Of a stretch of 64,000 bases of DNA, positions 1 through 9,703 are shown piece after piece. The stretch comes from a virus. The notes below the pieces were generated by a model that searched no databases, was not told where the DNA came from, and saw only the letters and a list, made by a program, of their open reading frames with translations. The DNA lies in IMG/VR virus record IMGVR_UViG_3300034137_000024, positions 17,491 to 81,490 of that record. One strand, written 5' to 3'. A program made the position numbers and the translations under genes. Positions within the stretch are counted from its first letter, which is position 1. Every line of letters begins with the position of its first letter.

Positions 1-4
1 CGCC

Positions 5-181
5 ATGACCGAGAACGAACTCCACCAGCTGCAGGCTGAGGTGCGGGTATTCATTAAGGAATGTCAGGCCTTTGAAGACGTCCCTCACCGCTGGACCGAT
101 GGCTTGCCACAATTTCTGCTCGGGGCGGCCCTGACCGCCTCGCTGGTCCTTCTTTCGGCCGCTGTTCTGAAGTTCGCATAG
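5..181 (+). CDS. Small membrane protein (58 aa), not in ORF track
   Basis: Hand translation MTENELHQLQ...LPQFLLGAALTASLVLLSAAVLKFA*; hydrophobic C-terminus; terminator follows. Confidence 0.6.
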   Translation: MTENELHQLQAEVRVFIKECQAFEDVPHRWTDGLPQFLLGAALTASLVLLSAAVLKFA

Positions 182-213
182 CCCAGCGCAAGAAAAACTT
201 TTCCGAAATATTC

Positions 214-240
214 AGCCCCGCTCAGTCGGGGCTTTTTTTC
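214..240 (+). terminator. Rho-independent terminator
   Basis: AGCCCCG-ctcagt-CGGGGCT followed by T-run. Confidence 0.8.
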
Positions 241-273
241 GTCATGGTCATATAAACCGGGGTTTTCAGAGTA

Positions 274-296
274 ATTCGGAATATTCCGAATAACCC
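274..296. promoter_or_regulatory. Palindromic putative operator ATTCGGAATATTCCGAAT
   Basis: Perfect 18-bp palindrome 274-291; 20/22 copy at 14976-14997. Confidence 0.5.
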
Positions 297-339
297 CCCT
301 CCCCCAGTTACCGCACCTTCGGACCTCCCGTCCGGGGAA

Positions 340-355
340 GTCGTGACGGCACGAT
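340..355 (+). promoter_or_regulatory. Late-type promoter motif GTCGTGAC-GG-CACGAT
   Basis: Matches recurrent consensus, intergenic, points into ORF 403. Confidence 0.6.
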
Positions 356-402
356 CGGCGCTCCATTTGTAACCTCCCGACCACCGCTGACATGACGACC
401 CT

Positions 403-726
403 ATGCCTATCTCACCGTTGGAAGTTCATCCCCAATCGACGTATCCAGTGCGCCGACTGCCGAATCATTGCCGAACCATCGGCCTCCTGCGCGGAGGTCA
501 AGGGCGGCCGTACTTGGGCGAACTTGGAGCCAAGGTCGCGACAGCGGCGCGCCGTGGGCGACCGTCCCTGTTTTCCGTAGAGACGCTGGCCAACGCTTAC
601 GAACTGCGCACCGCCGGCAAGGACTGGCATCGCATAGGCCTGCTGCTCGGCGTCCCCCAAGGACAAATCCACTCAGCGGTGCGCCAGGCCTGTCGCACCG
701 GGATCAGCCAGCGTCTGGCCGGATGA
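403..726 (+). CDS. Hypothetical protein, possible C-terminal HTH
   Basis: RGRP...LANAYELRTAGKDWHRIGLLLGV resembles an HTH; overlaps next gene by 4 nt. Confidence 0.5.
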   Translation: MPISPLEVHPQSTYPVRRLPNHCRTIGLLRGGQGRPYLGELGAKVATAARRGRPSLFSVETLANAYELRTAGKDWHRIGLLLGVPQGQIHSAVRQACRTGISQRLAG

Positions 727-1022
727 CTCCGGACGAACTGCGGGCATCCGCCAGGGACTTGCGCAGGCTCGCCGCGTACGCCGACAGCCGAAGCGGCCGC
801 CTCCATGATCTGGATCGGGCTGCGGAATATGAGCGGCAAGCGATCGCCATGGAGCAACCCGACACCGTCACCCCTGCCGCCATCGATGACGACGACGGCG
901 AGGCTGAATTTCAAGCAAGGCTGAGTGCCACCCGGGCAAGTGAAGCTCTGGCGCGATCAGCGCGAATCCGTAAAGCAATGAGACAGATGGAAGCCTATCT
1001 AGGCCTCCCGCATAAGGACTAA
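723..1022 (+). CDS. Hypothetical phage protein
   Basis: ATGA overlap with previous gene; MTPDELRASARD... Confidence 0.65.
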   Translation: MTPDELRASARDLRRLAAYADSRSGRLHDLDRAAEYERQAIAMEQPDTVTPAAIDDDDGEAEFQARLSATRASEALARSARIRKAMRQMEAYLGLPHKD

Positions 1023-1025
1023 GTA

Positions 1026-1559
1026 ATGACCACTGCAACGCCAACGAATACCCCTATTGCCGCCCCTCGACTCTGGGCGGTTCACTTGAAAGGCGTCGAC
1101 CAGGTCATCGCCATGCTCGACTTTGATGCCGCGACCAAGTGGGCCGACGACACCAACACCGAGTGGGCGCGCCAATCGGCCCGGCACCAACAGACCATCC
1201 CTGGCTTCGAGGCAGTCGTCGTCCACTCCCCGTGGGCAGGCGAAGAACACTACCGAAACTGCGCGCAGATACTTACCCAAGTCATGCAAGCCGGCGACGC
1301 GATGCTGAACAACCTACGTCATCAAGCCGCCAGGCTGCACGCTGACGCGATCCGCTACTACTTCCACCGCGACGTGTCCCTCAATCCAGCGTTGGAAGAA
1401 ACGCTGCAGCCAGTGATGAGCTTTGTGGATGAGTTGGATGAGCCAAAAAACGCCACCGAATACGACGCCTTGATGGACCGCTGCATCCAAGCCGCCCGAC
1501 AAGCAACCTTGTGGCCACCAGCAGCGCCAGAGGCCCCGGCAGTAGAGGTGGCCGCCTAA
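1026..1559 (+). CDS. Hypothetical phage protein
   Basis: Tightly packed operon, normal composition. Confidence 0.75.
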   Translation: MTTATPTNTPIAAPRLWAVHLKGVDQVIAMLDFDAATKWADDTNTEWARQSARHQQTIPGFEAVVVHSPWAGEEHYRNCAQILTQVMQAGDAMLNNLRHQAARLHADAIRYYFHRDVSLNPALEETLQPVMSFVDELDEPKNATEYDALMDRCIQAARQATLWPPAAPEAPAVEVAA

Positions 1560-2506
1560 TGAGCCTGACATGCTGCATTCAACTGCACGGTAAATTCTCA
1601 GCCGGCGAGCGCGGCGTCATCACTGACCCCGTTTTGGTCTTTGCAAGCGACTACACCAATATGGTCGAGAAACTGAGCGCCGAGCGAGACCATTGGAAAG
1701 CCAACCATGACTGCCTGCGCGAACGCGCTCGGTTGCTTCGCGAGCGTCTGGATATGCCAGTCGAGCGCGTCCAGGCATTTGACCAGGTGCAGCACCTGCA
1801 GCAAGAAGTCGCCACGCTGGTACAGACGGTCAATGAGCTGAGCCAGGCGCGCACCGCTTTGGAGATCGAGAACGGCGCCATTGAATCGCAACTGGTAGAG
1901 GCTCGCGCCCTGGCCAGTCAGTACAGCCAAGCCAACAGCCTGCTGTCCCGCACCGTGCAAATGCTGGAAAGCCAAGTCAAGACTTTGCAGGCGCATCCGC
2001 AAAGCTACCAGACCGGCTACAACGAAGGTCGGCGCCTGGGCAGCAAGCTGGCGCACCAGGAACGCAGATCGTTGGGCACCCGATTGGGCGAGCTGCAAAA
2101 ACACGCCGACAGCCTCGAACTGTTCCTTGGCAACAGCGATAAGTACTGCCGCTCACTGGAAATACGCATCGACCGCACCGCCGCGTCCATTCAGCAGGCG
2201 TTTAACGCCAAGTTTGACGAGTGGCACCCGCTGCTCGAAGAAGCTCTGCGCTGCGCGTACAACCCGTCACCGGAAAACGTCCTTTGGAGCCACATCACCA
2301 AGGGCGGTCACTATGCGCTGATCGGTGAGTCCAGCGGCGCCGGCACCAAGCGCGGCGAACACCTGCTGGTCTACCGCGACACCCGAAACGGTGCGCTGTA
2401 CCACCGCACACATTTCGATTTCCGCAGCAGCATGGTCGCAGTCGACCTAAAAGCTCGGGACCAAGCCCTCGGCCAGCCAGCCACCGACATGAGGAAAACC
2501 GCATGA
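1559..2506 (+). CDS. Coiled-coil phage protein with C-terminal DUF1653-like domain
   Basis: TAATG coupling; C-terminal W.H.KGGHY...LVYRD...G.LYHR motif. Confidence 0.7.
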   Translation: MSLTCCIQLHGKFSAGERGVITDPVLVFASDYTNMVEKLSAERDHWKANHDCLRERARLLRERLDMPVERVQAFDQVQHLQQEVATLVQTVNELSQARTALEIENGAIESQLVEARALASQYSQANSLLSRTVQMLESQVKTLQAHPQSYQTGYNEGRRLGSKLAHQERRSLGTRLGELQKHADSLELFLGNSDKYCRSLEIRIDRTAASIQQAFNAKFDEWHPLLEEALRCAYNPSPENVLWSHITKGGHYALIGESSGAGTKRGEHLLVYRDTRNGALYHRTHFDFRSSMVAVDLKARDQALGQPATDMRKTA

Positions 2507-2862
2507 AACTGACAGTACTGACCGGCTTTCGCGAGAACGTCGCGCAGCAGCTGCGCGCCACTGCGGTCGACCCCTTTTGCACCGGAGTTTCGATCGAGGG
2601 CGCCGGCACGCTGAAAGACCTGCTGCTCGACGGCTACCTCGCCATCAAGGCCCAGCCCGAGGATCAGCACATAGGTAAGGCCCTACACGCAGCCGTTTCG
2701 GCGCTGCATCTGGGTGACAGCAGCGACTATGAAGCCGCGTTGTGGGACGTCATCCGCAACATCGCGCCGCACCTGGTTGACCAGATGGAGGTCGACTCCG
2801 GCAGCGTCTACGCCCTGACCCTACCAGAAGTCCAGACCGAGGCAGAGCCGGAGGCTGTATGA
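2503..2862 (+). CDS. Hypothetical phage protein
   Basis: ATGA overlap in operon. Confidence 0.7.
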   Translation: MKLTVLTGFRENVAQQLRATAVDPFCTGVSIEGAGTLKDLLLDGYLAIKAQPEDQHIGKALHAAVSALHLGDSSDYEAALWDVIRNIAPHLVDQMEVDSGSVYALTLPEVQTEAEPEAV

Positions 2863-3710
2863 ACGACGTGGCGCGCTACACGCGATCCGATATCGTCTAC
2901 TCAGGCTTGGAGCATGAGCATCGCCATTTCGTCGATGCTCGTGATTATGACGCGCTGCTCTCCAGGGTTCAGGCCTTGGAGGGCTACAAAGCCGCTATCA
3001 TCAGTACCCTGATGATCAACCACGGCATGAAAGCCGAGCACGAAACCGATCCGCGTCAGGCCTTGGCTGACCTGGTGCATATCGAGTGCGAAATGGCGCT
3101 TGATGCGCGGATCAGCGAACGCGCCCGGCTGACCAGGTACTCCCGGCCGGCCGTCTCTTGGGTATTCATTCAGACACCTCCTGATTGGCAGCTTGTACCT
3201 TGCGAACCAACCCCGCAAATGGTGGCTGCGCCGTTTGCAGGCAAGGTCGAAGCCCAGTGCGTCAGTACGCAGACGCGTAGCCGTCAGCAGATGGCCGAGA
3301 ACTACAAGGCCATGATTGATCACGCGCCAGTGAGCACGATGGGGGATATTTACGCCTACAACGGCGTGCCGGCGCGCAAGAAGGCAACCCAGATGGTCGA
3401 TGGCCTGATGGTGCTGAGCCTGCGCGATGTAGGCTGGAATGCCGCACTGGACCTAATCGCCGGGCAGACCGAACTGGAGCTGACCGACGCGCTCAAGCGC
3501 ATCCTGAACTTTCCCGAGTTCGTCCTGCAGGTCGTCGCGGCGGGCATGCAGAACCGGGGCATTGCCGACTTCGGCGGCATACTCGACCGGTCCAAGGTTC
3601 TGCACTGGATGCTGAGCATTTATCTGCACCACGGCGAAAACTGGGTAGCGATCGCCGCTCACGAACTGGGCGAAGGCTCGGCCTCGGAGATGCTGAGGCG
3701 CCATCAATGA
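2859..3710 (+). CDS. Hypothetical mosaic phage protein
   Basis: ATGA overlaps; DWQLVPCEPT..MV.A segment typical of mosaic early proteins. Confidence 0.7.
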   Translation: MNDVARYTRSDIVYSGLEHEHRHFVDARDYDALLSRVQALEGYKAAIISTLMINHGMKAEHETDPRQALADLVHIECEMALDARISERARLTRYSRPAVSWVFIQTPPDWQLVPCEPTPQMVAAPFAGKVEAQCVSTQTRSRQQMAENYKAMIDHAPVSTMGDIYAYNGVPARKKATQMVDGLMVLSLRDVGWNAALDLIAGQTELELTDALKRILNFPEFVLQVVAAGMQNRGIADFGGILDRSKVLHWMLSIYLHHGENWVAIAAHELGEGSASEMLRRHQ

Positions 3711-3886
3711 ACACCATGCGCGAGCGGTTCGAGCTCACTTATTGCCGGCAGCAGGGGCACGTCGTCCGATCGCGCCTGCTGTTCCGCCGCAACGCTGATG
3801 GGCGCTACAGCAACCGCGCCCTGGAATTGACGTGGTGCCGCTACAAGCGCGGCCACGTCCAGCAACTCACACAAGGGGCCGCATAG
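3707..3886 (+). CDS. Small hypothetical protein (59 aa), not in ORF track
   Basis: ATGA overlap; MNTMRERFELTYC...TQGAA*. Confidence 0.55.
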   Translation: MNTMRERFELTYCRQQGHVVRSRLLFRRNADGRYSNRALELTWCRYKRGHVQQLTQGAA

Positions 3887-3891
3887 TGCCG

Positions 3892-4290
3892 ATGATTCAG
3901 ATTGCCCGGTACCGGCACAGCAAACAGTTCAAATCGGGCCTGCCGGCGATTGTCGGGCCGCGCTCTTACACCAACGCCCAGCGTCGCTGGCAGGCGCGTA
4001 TTTCGGTCAACGTCCCGACCAGGCGAATCGAGATTCACGACCAGGACTTACAGGCCGTCGACACCGGCGGCGTCTTCACTGTGCCCGACTCGCCCGTCGC
4101 GCTGGTGTACGAGAACAGGCCCGAGCAGAGCATGACCGTGAATATCGGCGTTCTGAGCTACTCGCAGGCCTGCGAGGTCATCGCCGATCAGATGCAGGAG
4201 CTGCTCCGCGAGTGTCCGGACTGGACGGACTTTGAATGGCAGGTCTGGACGGAAAAGGGCAAGGCCCCGAAGGTTCGGAGGGCAGGATGA
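3892..4290 (+). CDS. Hypothetical phage protein
   Basis: In operon; MIQIARYRH... Confidence 0.65.
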   Translation: MIQIARYRHSKQFKSGLPAIVGPRSYTNAQRRWQARISVNVPTRRIEIHDQDLQAVDTGGVFTVPDSPVALVYENRPEQSMTVNIGVLSYSQACEVIADQMQELLRECPDWTDFEWQVWTEKGKAPKVRRAG

Positions 4291-4466
4291 AGATCGAGGA
4301 AGACATCTGGGAGTGGCGCCCCGCTGGCAAGGCCTGTACAGGCAAGCACGTCTGGGTAGTATTCCTGAGCCACCGTATCCGTGAGTGCTGCGACTGTGGC
4401 GCCCGGGAGGATCTGCGGGCCGACTTTGGCATCGGCCCCCGGATCCCCAAGTCTAAAGCAGCATGA
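4287..4466 (+). CDS. Small Cys/His protein (59 aa)
   Basis: ATGA overlap; C..KH.W...RECCDCG. Confidence 0.55.
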   Translation: MKIEEDIWEWRPAGKACTGKHVWVVFLSHRIRECCDCGAREDLRADFGIGPRIPKSKAA

Positions 4467-4475
4467 CCAAGTTCC

Positions 4476-4949
4476 TCAAGGCGATGCCATCGCGGAGTTG
4501 AATGCGTTTTGCACAGCTTGGGAAGCGTATTTATTCGAGTCGTGCCCTATGTCGTTGACTTCCCCAAGGTCGGAAATCCCAACAAACTTTTTCTCGGCAT
4601 CGCCAACGTCGCGTTGGCGCACTGTCCAATGGGCTCTCCCCCGAACATCCCGATCCTCATGCCCACCTTGAGCACATGGTGTACCCCATCCTTGGCGGGT
4701 GTATTTGCCCGAGTAATTTGCATAAATATCTGCATTCTTGCCGCTGATAGTGACATCGACGCTGTTGATGGTGATATCCGCACGAAACGTATCGCCCGGG
4801 CAGCCTAGAAGCGTCTTCTGTCGACCGTCGTATGAGGCTGATCCAGTTCGATGCGTTAATCGATCCTTCACAGAATCCTCTGCGTCGGTCGCAAAGATGG
4901 GCAGGGAAATAGTCGACAGCAGCAGAAGCGCACATGCGAGCGTTTTCAT
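4476..4949 (-). CDS. Secreted protein of unknown function (moron)
   Basis: MKTLACALLLLSTISLPIFA signal peptide; lower GC. Confidence 0.7.
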   Translation of the reverse strand: MKTLACALLLLSTISLPIFATDAEDSVKDRLTHRTGSASYDGRQKTLLGCPGDTFRADITINSVDVTISGKNADIYANYSGKYTRQGWGTPCAQGGHEDRDVRGRAHWTVRQRDVGDAEKKFVGISDLGEVNDIGHDSNKYASQAVQNAFNSAMASP

Positions 4950-5139
4950 GGTGTGAACCTTTTTTATGAGATAGTCCTGCGCATTGCGCGTCCTGGTCAC
5001 ATCTCAATTCGGCTCAGCCTCCCGCACAGCGCCCATCAAGTATTGTCGAGAACTGGGATTTTGCTCCGGATACATGACAAAGCCGGCATCGCTGCCGGCT
5101 CTATTTGTTGCTCAACCGCCCCTCAAGCCCCCCTGTAAG

Positions 5140-8034
5140 TCAGAACGGATCATCCCCATCGGGATCGTCGCCCAGAATCGGCATCAGCGGCACCATCACC
5201 GTCTTGGACTTGGCGCCGTTGAACGAAACGGCCTTGTCGCCTTTGGTCGCTTCTTTCACCCGGGTCAGCTGGTTGCGTAGATCCGTGATCGAGGACAGGT
5301 CGCGTACCAGGGATTTCAGATTGGGCACGCTGGTGCCGAACACCAGCACTTTTCTACCGTGGTCCGCGATGATTCCGTGCCGGCGCAACGTGTCCTCAGC
5401 CGTCACTACGTCCACTTTGTTCTGCCGGTGGATTGGGCTGGTCTCGCGCACCAGTTCATAGATCGTCAGATCCGACAGGCCGGAGCCCATGCGTACCTTG
5501 GCGCTCAGCAGCGCGGTAAGCGCCTTGTCCGCCTCGTCCATATCCGCCTCTTCGCGGTGCTCGGACCAGTCGAAGTCTTTGATCATGGCCTCGGCTTCGG
5601 CTTCGGACGGGACATAGTCCTTTTTCAGGCACCAGCAGCCCGCCAGCAGCGTCCCGAACTGGTCGCCGTCCCGTTGCCGGTCGAAGTGCTTGGCCGCTAC
5701 GCGGCGAAACACCTTCACTGAACTGAGGATGACAGGCAGCAGGTTTAGAATACGGGCCATCAGGCGGCTGGCAATAACCGGGTCCTGATCAATAGAGTTT
5801 AGGTAAGCCTCGAGTTCGTCCCAGTTGTTGTTATCGCCGGCCTTCAAGCGCAGGACCGTCAGGCGGTCAATGTCGGCCTTGGTGGGCAGGTTGGTGTTAA
5901 CGGAGGACAGGCAGAACATCGATCGGATGTCGAAGCGCATGCCGCCACCCGTAGTGGTGCCCTTGTACGTCTTGGCCTGAGTTTCCGATGACGTCTGGCG
6001 GATCAGGCTCATGATGTTTTCCACCCGGTGCCGCTCTTTCTCGTCGTTGGACTCGAATTCGTCAATCATCACCGGCAGGGCGTCGCCGGCCAGCACCTGG
6101 CGCAGACCGGCCTCGGTCGAATTGCCCTGTGCATAGACGTTGGTGCCCCGAGTCAGCGCGCCGCAGAACTTCGCCTGCAGCGTAGTTTTACCGGTACCGG
6201 CGCTGCCAGTTAGCCAGATATGCGGTCGCCAGTTGAGCGCACCGCAGATCGGAGCGAGCATCACCCAGCCCGCCATCAGCGCAGCAGAGCCCGGCATCGT
6301 CCAGCGAGGCATCGTGGCCACGTACACCAAGTGCTCGCCTTCCTCGTTGGTCAGCGGTGATGCATGGGGGTTTGGCAACGCCTTGGCGCGGGTATACACG
6401 TAGCCAGACGTGATCTTGGTCAGGTCGACGCGCTGGCCGTCCACGGTTAGGAACGGCCCGTGGTGGTAGATCGCACGGCTGTCGTCGGTCCAGGCGCCCC
6501 GGCCGCGCACGCGGGTCGGATCGTAGATGCCCATGGAGTGTGCCCGGTGAAAGATCCACTCGGCGGCCATGACGTTGTCGACCTTGGCTGCGCCGCCCGC
6601 GGGGAAGTACTCCTGCCACCAGTTCAACGGCGCGTGCTCGATCAACCCCAGCACATTCATATCCCGGCGCTGCATGACCATTACCTGGCCCTTGGCGTGG
6701 TTGAACAGGTAGTAGTTGCCCCCGTCGTATCCCAGGATGGTGAAATACTTATTCTTGACCAGCTCGTCGTCGTCGTATCCGTCCACGGGGTCCATGCCCC
6801 CAGGCTCGGCCGGAGGCGGCGTGTCGTCGAAGGGTGGCTCATCCTCGGACGTGGCCAGCATTGCCGGGCCGTCTTCGAGGTCAACCTCCATCATCTGCGG
6901 GTGTTCTAGGGTCGCGTCCATCACCTGGTCATTTGCCGCGGCGATTTCGTCGACCAGAACGTGCTCCAGGGCGTCGAGGAAAATGTCGGCTACTTGCTCG
7001 AGGTCGGTTGCCGCGTGGTAGTCGTTAAAGTCGGTTGGCCCTATGCGCTTCACGCCCTTTTCGGTAATGGTGTCGTGCCCATGAGCATGGGTAAACGGCG
7101 GAAAAGCCAGACCGGCTGCTACCTGCTTGGCTGCGATCTTGCCGTAGTGAACGCCTGGGTTTTCAATCGGGGTGAGAGTCCACTGATCGTTATCCGCCGC
7201 GATGATGATAATCGCGTCAGCACGCCGCTCGCGGATGCTCTTGGCGACAGGCGCCAAGTTGCTGATGTCGAAGGTGACCAGCACACAGTGCCCGGTCGCC
7301 ATATGGATACTGGCCCCGGTCGCGTAGCCTTCGCAGATGATGAATACCGGGCGCTCGTTAACCATTTGCGGCTTGCCGATCGCGTGGAAGTTTCCGCGCT
7401 TGGCGCCGTATTTCAGATAGTCTTTTCGGCGTTTGAGAAAGTTCGAGTTGTCGGGGAGGATTGCCTGCAGGCTGTGGATCACGTTCTGCCGATCGCGGAT
7501 CGGTATCAGCAGCGCCCGATCGGACACCACGCTGACCTCGCCCGTCTCCTCGTTCAAGTACTCCCAGCGGCCAACGCGCAGGCCGAAGGCTTTGACGCCC
7601 TTCTCGCCCAGATAGGGATAGTCAGAATCGGTAGGTTCGTCAGTGGCAGCATTCCAGAGTGCGACCGCACGCTCGGCGGCCATGCGGTGACGTTCCTGCT
7701 CAGCGGTGATGCGGCGGCGCTCTTGGTCGGCCATTTTGGCCTTCCATTCCCGGCGCTCATCAAGCGACATCGGGCGGTGCTGGGACTTGTCAGTCCAGGA
7801 AAACTTCTCGTCTGGGTATCGGCGGTTACAGCCGAACATGCCCGCAGGCTTGCTGTCCAGGTGCAGGATGTACCAGCCCGACCGATCACTGGTAGCGTCG
7901 CCGGTGATATGAATTCGGTGGAGGTGGCCGTCGCCCAGGATAGGGTCTTGAGTCTCGAGGCCGTACATGCGCATTTCGGCGCAGAACTGATCTAGAGCGC
8001 GGCCGGGATCGGCTGCACTAGGGGATGTGCTCAT
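5140..8034 (-). CDS. DNA primase-helicase (Toprim plus C-terminal P-loop helicase)
   Basis: ICEGYATG and IAADND Toprim motifs; GSAGTGKTT Walker A, MIDEFE Walker B; SD before ATG 8034. Confidence 0.88.
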   Translation of the reverse strand: MSTSPSAADPGRALDQFCAEMRMYGLETQDPILGDGHLHRIHITGDATSDRSGWYILHLDSKPAGMFGCNRRYPDEKFSWTDKSQHRPMSLDERREWKAKMADQERRRITAEQERHRMAAERAVALWNAATDEPTDSDYPYLGEKGVKAFGLRVGRWEYLNEETGEVSVVSDRALLIPIRDRQNVIHSLQAILPDNSNFLKRRKDYLKYGAKRGNFHAIGKPQMVNERPVFIICEGYATGASIHMATGHCVLVTFDISNLAPVAKSIRERRADAIIIIAADNDQWTLTPIENPGVHYGKIAAKQVAAGLAFPPFTHAHGHDTITEKGVKRIGPTDFNDYHAATDLEQVADIFLDALEHVLVDEIAAANDQVMDATLEHPQMMEVDLEDGPAMLATSEDEPPFDDTPPPAEPGGMDPVDGYDDDELVKNKYFTILGYDGGNYYLFNHAKGQVMVMQRRDMNVLGLIEHAPLNWWQEYFPAGGAAKVDNVMAAEWIFHRAHSMGIYDPTRVRGRGAWTDDSRAIYHHGPFLTVDGQRVDLTKITSGYVYTRAKALPNPHASPLTNEEGEHLVYVATMPRWTMPGSAALMAGWVMLAPICGALNWRPHIWLTGSAGTGKTTLQAKFCGALTRGTNVYAQGNSTEAGLRQVLAGDALPVMIDEFESNDEKERHRVENIMSLIRQTSSETQAKTYKGTTTGGGMRFDIRSMFCLSSVNTNLPTKADIDRLTVLRLKAGDNNNWDELEAYLNSIDQDPVIASRLMARILNLLPVILSSVKVFRRVAAKHFDRQRDGDQFGTLLAGCWCLKKDYVPSEAEAEAMIKDFDWSEHREEADMDEADKALTALLSAKVRMGSGLSDLTIYELVRETSPIHRQNKVDVVTAEDTLRRHGIIADHGRKVLVFGTSVPNLKSLVRDLSSITDLRNQLTRVKEATKGDKAVSFNGAKSKTVMVPLMPILGDDPDGDDPF

Positions 8035-8240
8035 GGGTCCTGCGTTCCTTTCCTTTTCCTGTTGAGATAAGCGGGCAGGCGTCAACAGGAAACGCTTTTC
8101 AGAACTGGGTGCGACCCGGCTCTTATCCCAAAACAGTTACACTTGCTGTGGCGGCAAATTCCCGCCCAGTGAATCACAGCAAATAGATCAGCGCACCCAA
8201 GACAATGTATTCAACCCGATACATGCGTTACGTTCTGATT

Positions 8241-8684
8241 TCATGGGGTTTTTGCTCCGTTCGCCTTGAACCAGTCGCGGAAAATCTGCAGAGCGGCCTC
8301 GACCGAGTTAGCGACCCCGGCGATACCCCCTGCATTCTTGACTTGGTCTATAAAGTTGGCCTGGTCGGAGGAGGTCTTGCCCCCCTTTGAGCGCTTAGTT
8401 TCGATGGCTGTATAAATGGGGTACACATTGCCCACCATCTGCGGCGTAACCCGCACCAGGGTCCAGCCTTGGAGGTCGCTCTGGCCGTTGACGGGGTCGC
8501 CATTGACCAGAGAGAGACCGAGCGCCACAGGTCGACCGGCCGGCACAAGTACCGACCCGTCTGTGAGCCTTTTTGCGGGGCCGGCGCCCGATACCCAGGC
8601 CTTGCCCGAGTTCGTTCGGAAAAGCCGCGAGAAACGCCCCAGTGCGAGCCAGACCTGCCGTAATACCGTTGACTCGGCCGCCAT
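8241..8684 (-). CDS. VRR-NUC domain nuclease
   Basis: SDLQG...AIETKRSKGG.TS.DQ.NFI...GGIAGV. Confidence 0.85.
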   Translation of the reverse strand: MAAESTVLRQVWLALGRFSRLFRTNSGKAWVSGAGPAKRLTDGSVLVPAGRPVALGLSLVNGDPVNGQSDLQGWTLVRVTPQMVGNVYPIYTAIETKRSKGGKTSSDQANFIDQVKNAGGIAGVANSVEAALQIFRDWFKANGAKTP

Positions 8685-8989
8685 CAGAGCGGGCCGCTCG
8701 TAAGGCTTGGCTCGCGCTGCTTGGCTTCACACTTGAGGGCGCAATAAGCAATGCCGTCCTCACCGCTGTCCGCGTGATACCCGGGGCGGGTGAACAGGCG
8801 GACGTCTTTCAGTATCTGCATGAAATGCCATCCCTGCGCCTCGGTCAGGTTCGTGCCGTGGTGCAAGTTGAAGATGGCCACCGTCTGCCCCATTGAGCGC
8901 TCGCCTTCCGGCTTGTCGTAGGTACTGGCACGATCGCTCATGTGCCGGTGGGCGGCCTGCAGCAGATCAGGGGCGGAGGCTACTGTCAT
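8684..8989 (-). CDS. DUF6378-like phage protein
   Basis: DRASTYD.PEGERSM...GWHFMQILKDVR...DSGEDGIAY. Confidence 0.7.
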   Translation of the reverse strand: MTVASAPDLLQAAHRHMSDRASTYDKPEGERSMGQTVAIFNLHHGTNLTEAQGWHFMQILKDVRLFTRPGYHADSGEDGIAYCALKCEAKQREPSLTSGPL

Positions 8990-9210
8990 GCAAGCGCCTT
9001 TTTCTGCTGGTCCAGCCAGGCCTCGCGGTTCACCGCAGCACTCATGGTGACGGCTTTGCGCAGAGTCGCCTCGTCGTACTTCATCGCCAGGGCGGCAGCC
9101 ACTACGTCGTTGTCGCTGACCTTTTCTACCGGGCGCTGCACTTCCCGCAGGAAGCGGTGGTGCGCGGCAATGATCGGGTTTTGCGGTTTTTTGGGCTTTC
9201 GGGATTTCAT
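8986..9210 (-). CDS. Hypothetical protein
   Basis: ATGA overlap in replication operon. Confidence 0.65.
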   Translation of the reverse strand: MKSRKPKKPQNPIIAAHHRFLREVQRPVEKVSDNDVVAAALAMKYDEATLRKAVTMSAAVNREAWLDQQKKALA

Positions 9211-9232
9211 GCGGGCTCATACCTCAGACGGT

Positions 9233-9703
9233 CTAAAACGGGATATCTGGGTCGAATTGGTCCTTTTGCTGCTGCGGTTGCGGCGCGGTGCGCTGTGGCG
9301 GCTGCGAACATTGTGGACCTTGCGACTGGCCAGCATTGTTTCCGTCACGACCTTGGCCCTGCGGACTGGTGAGCATTTGCATGGTGCCTTGCATGTCCAC
9401 GACGATCTCGGTGGTGTAACGCTTGACGCCGTCTTTTTCCCACTCCCGAGTCTGCAACTTGCCCTCGATATAGATGCTGGAACCCTTTTTCAGGTACTGG
9501 CCAGCGATCTCGGCGACCTTGCCGAACATGCTCACGCGGTGCCATTCGGTTTTTTCAACCTTCTGACCCGATTGCTTGTCCACCCAGCGCTCGCTGGTTG
9601 CCAAGCTGATATTGGCTACCGCGTTACCGTTAGGTAAGTTGCGCACTTCCGGGTCTTGCCCGAGCGTGCCGACCAAAATCACCTTGTTAACTGAACCTGC
9701 CAT
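9233..9703 (-). CDS. ssb: Single-stranded DNA-binding protein
   Basis: [24 protein letters not shown], acidic DIPF tail. Confidence 0.97.
   Translation of the reverse strand: MAGSVNKVILVGTLGQDPEVRNLPNGNAVANISLATSERWVDKQSGQKVEKTEWHRVSMFGKVAEIAGQYLKKGSSIYIEGKLQTREWEKDGVKRYTTEIVVDMQGTMQMLTSPQGQGRDGNNAGQSQGPQCSQPPQRTAPQPQQQKDQFDPDIPF

Noticed and set aside
9344-9351. GTCACGAC inside ssb
   Set aside because: A hexamer fits only with a 3-nt spacer (AACAAT); left uncounted.
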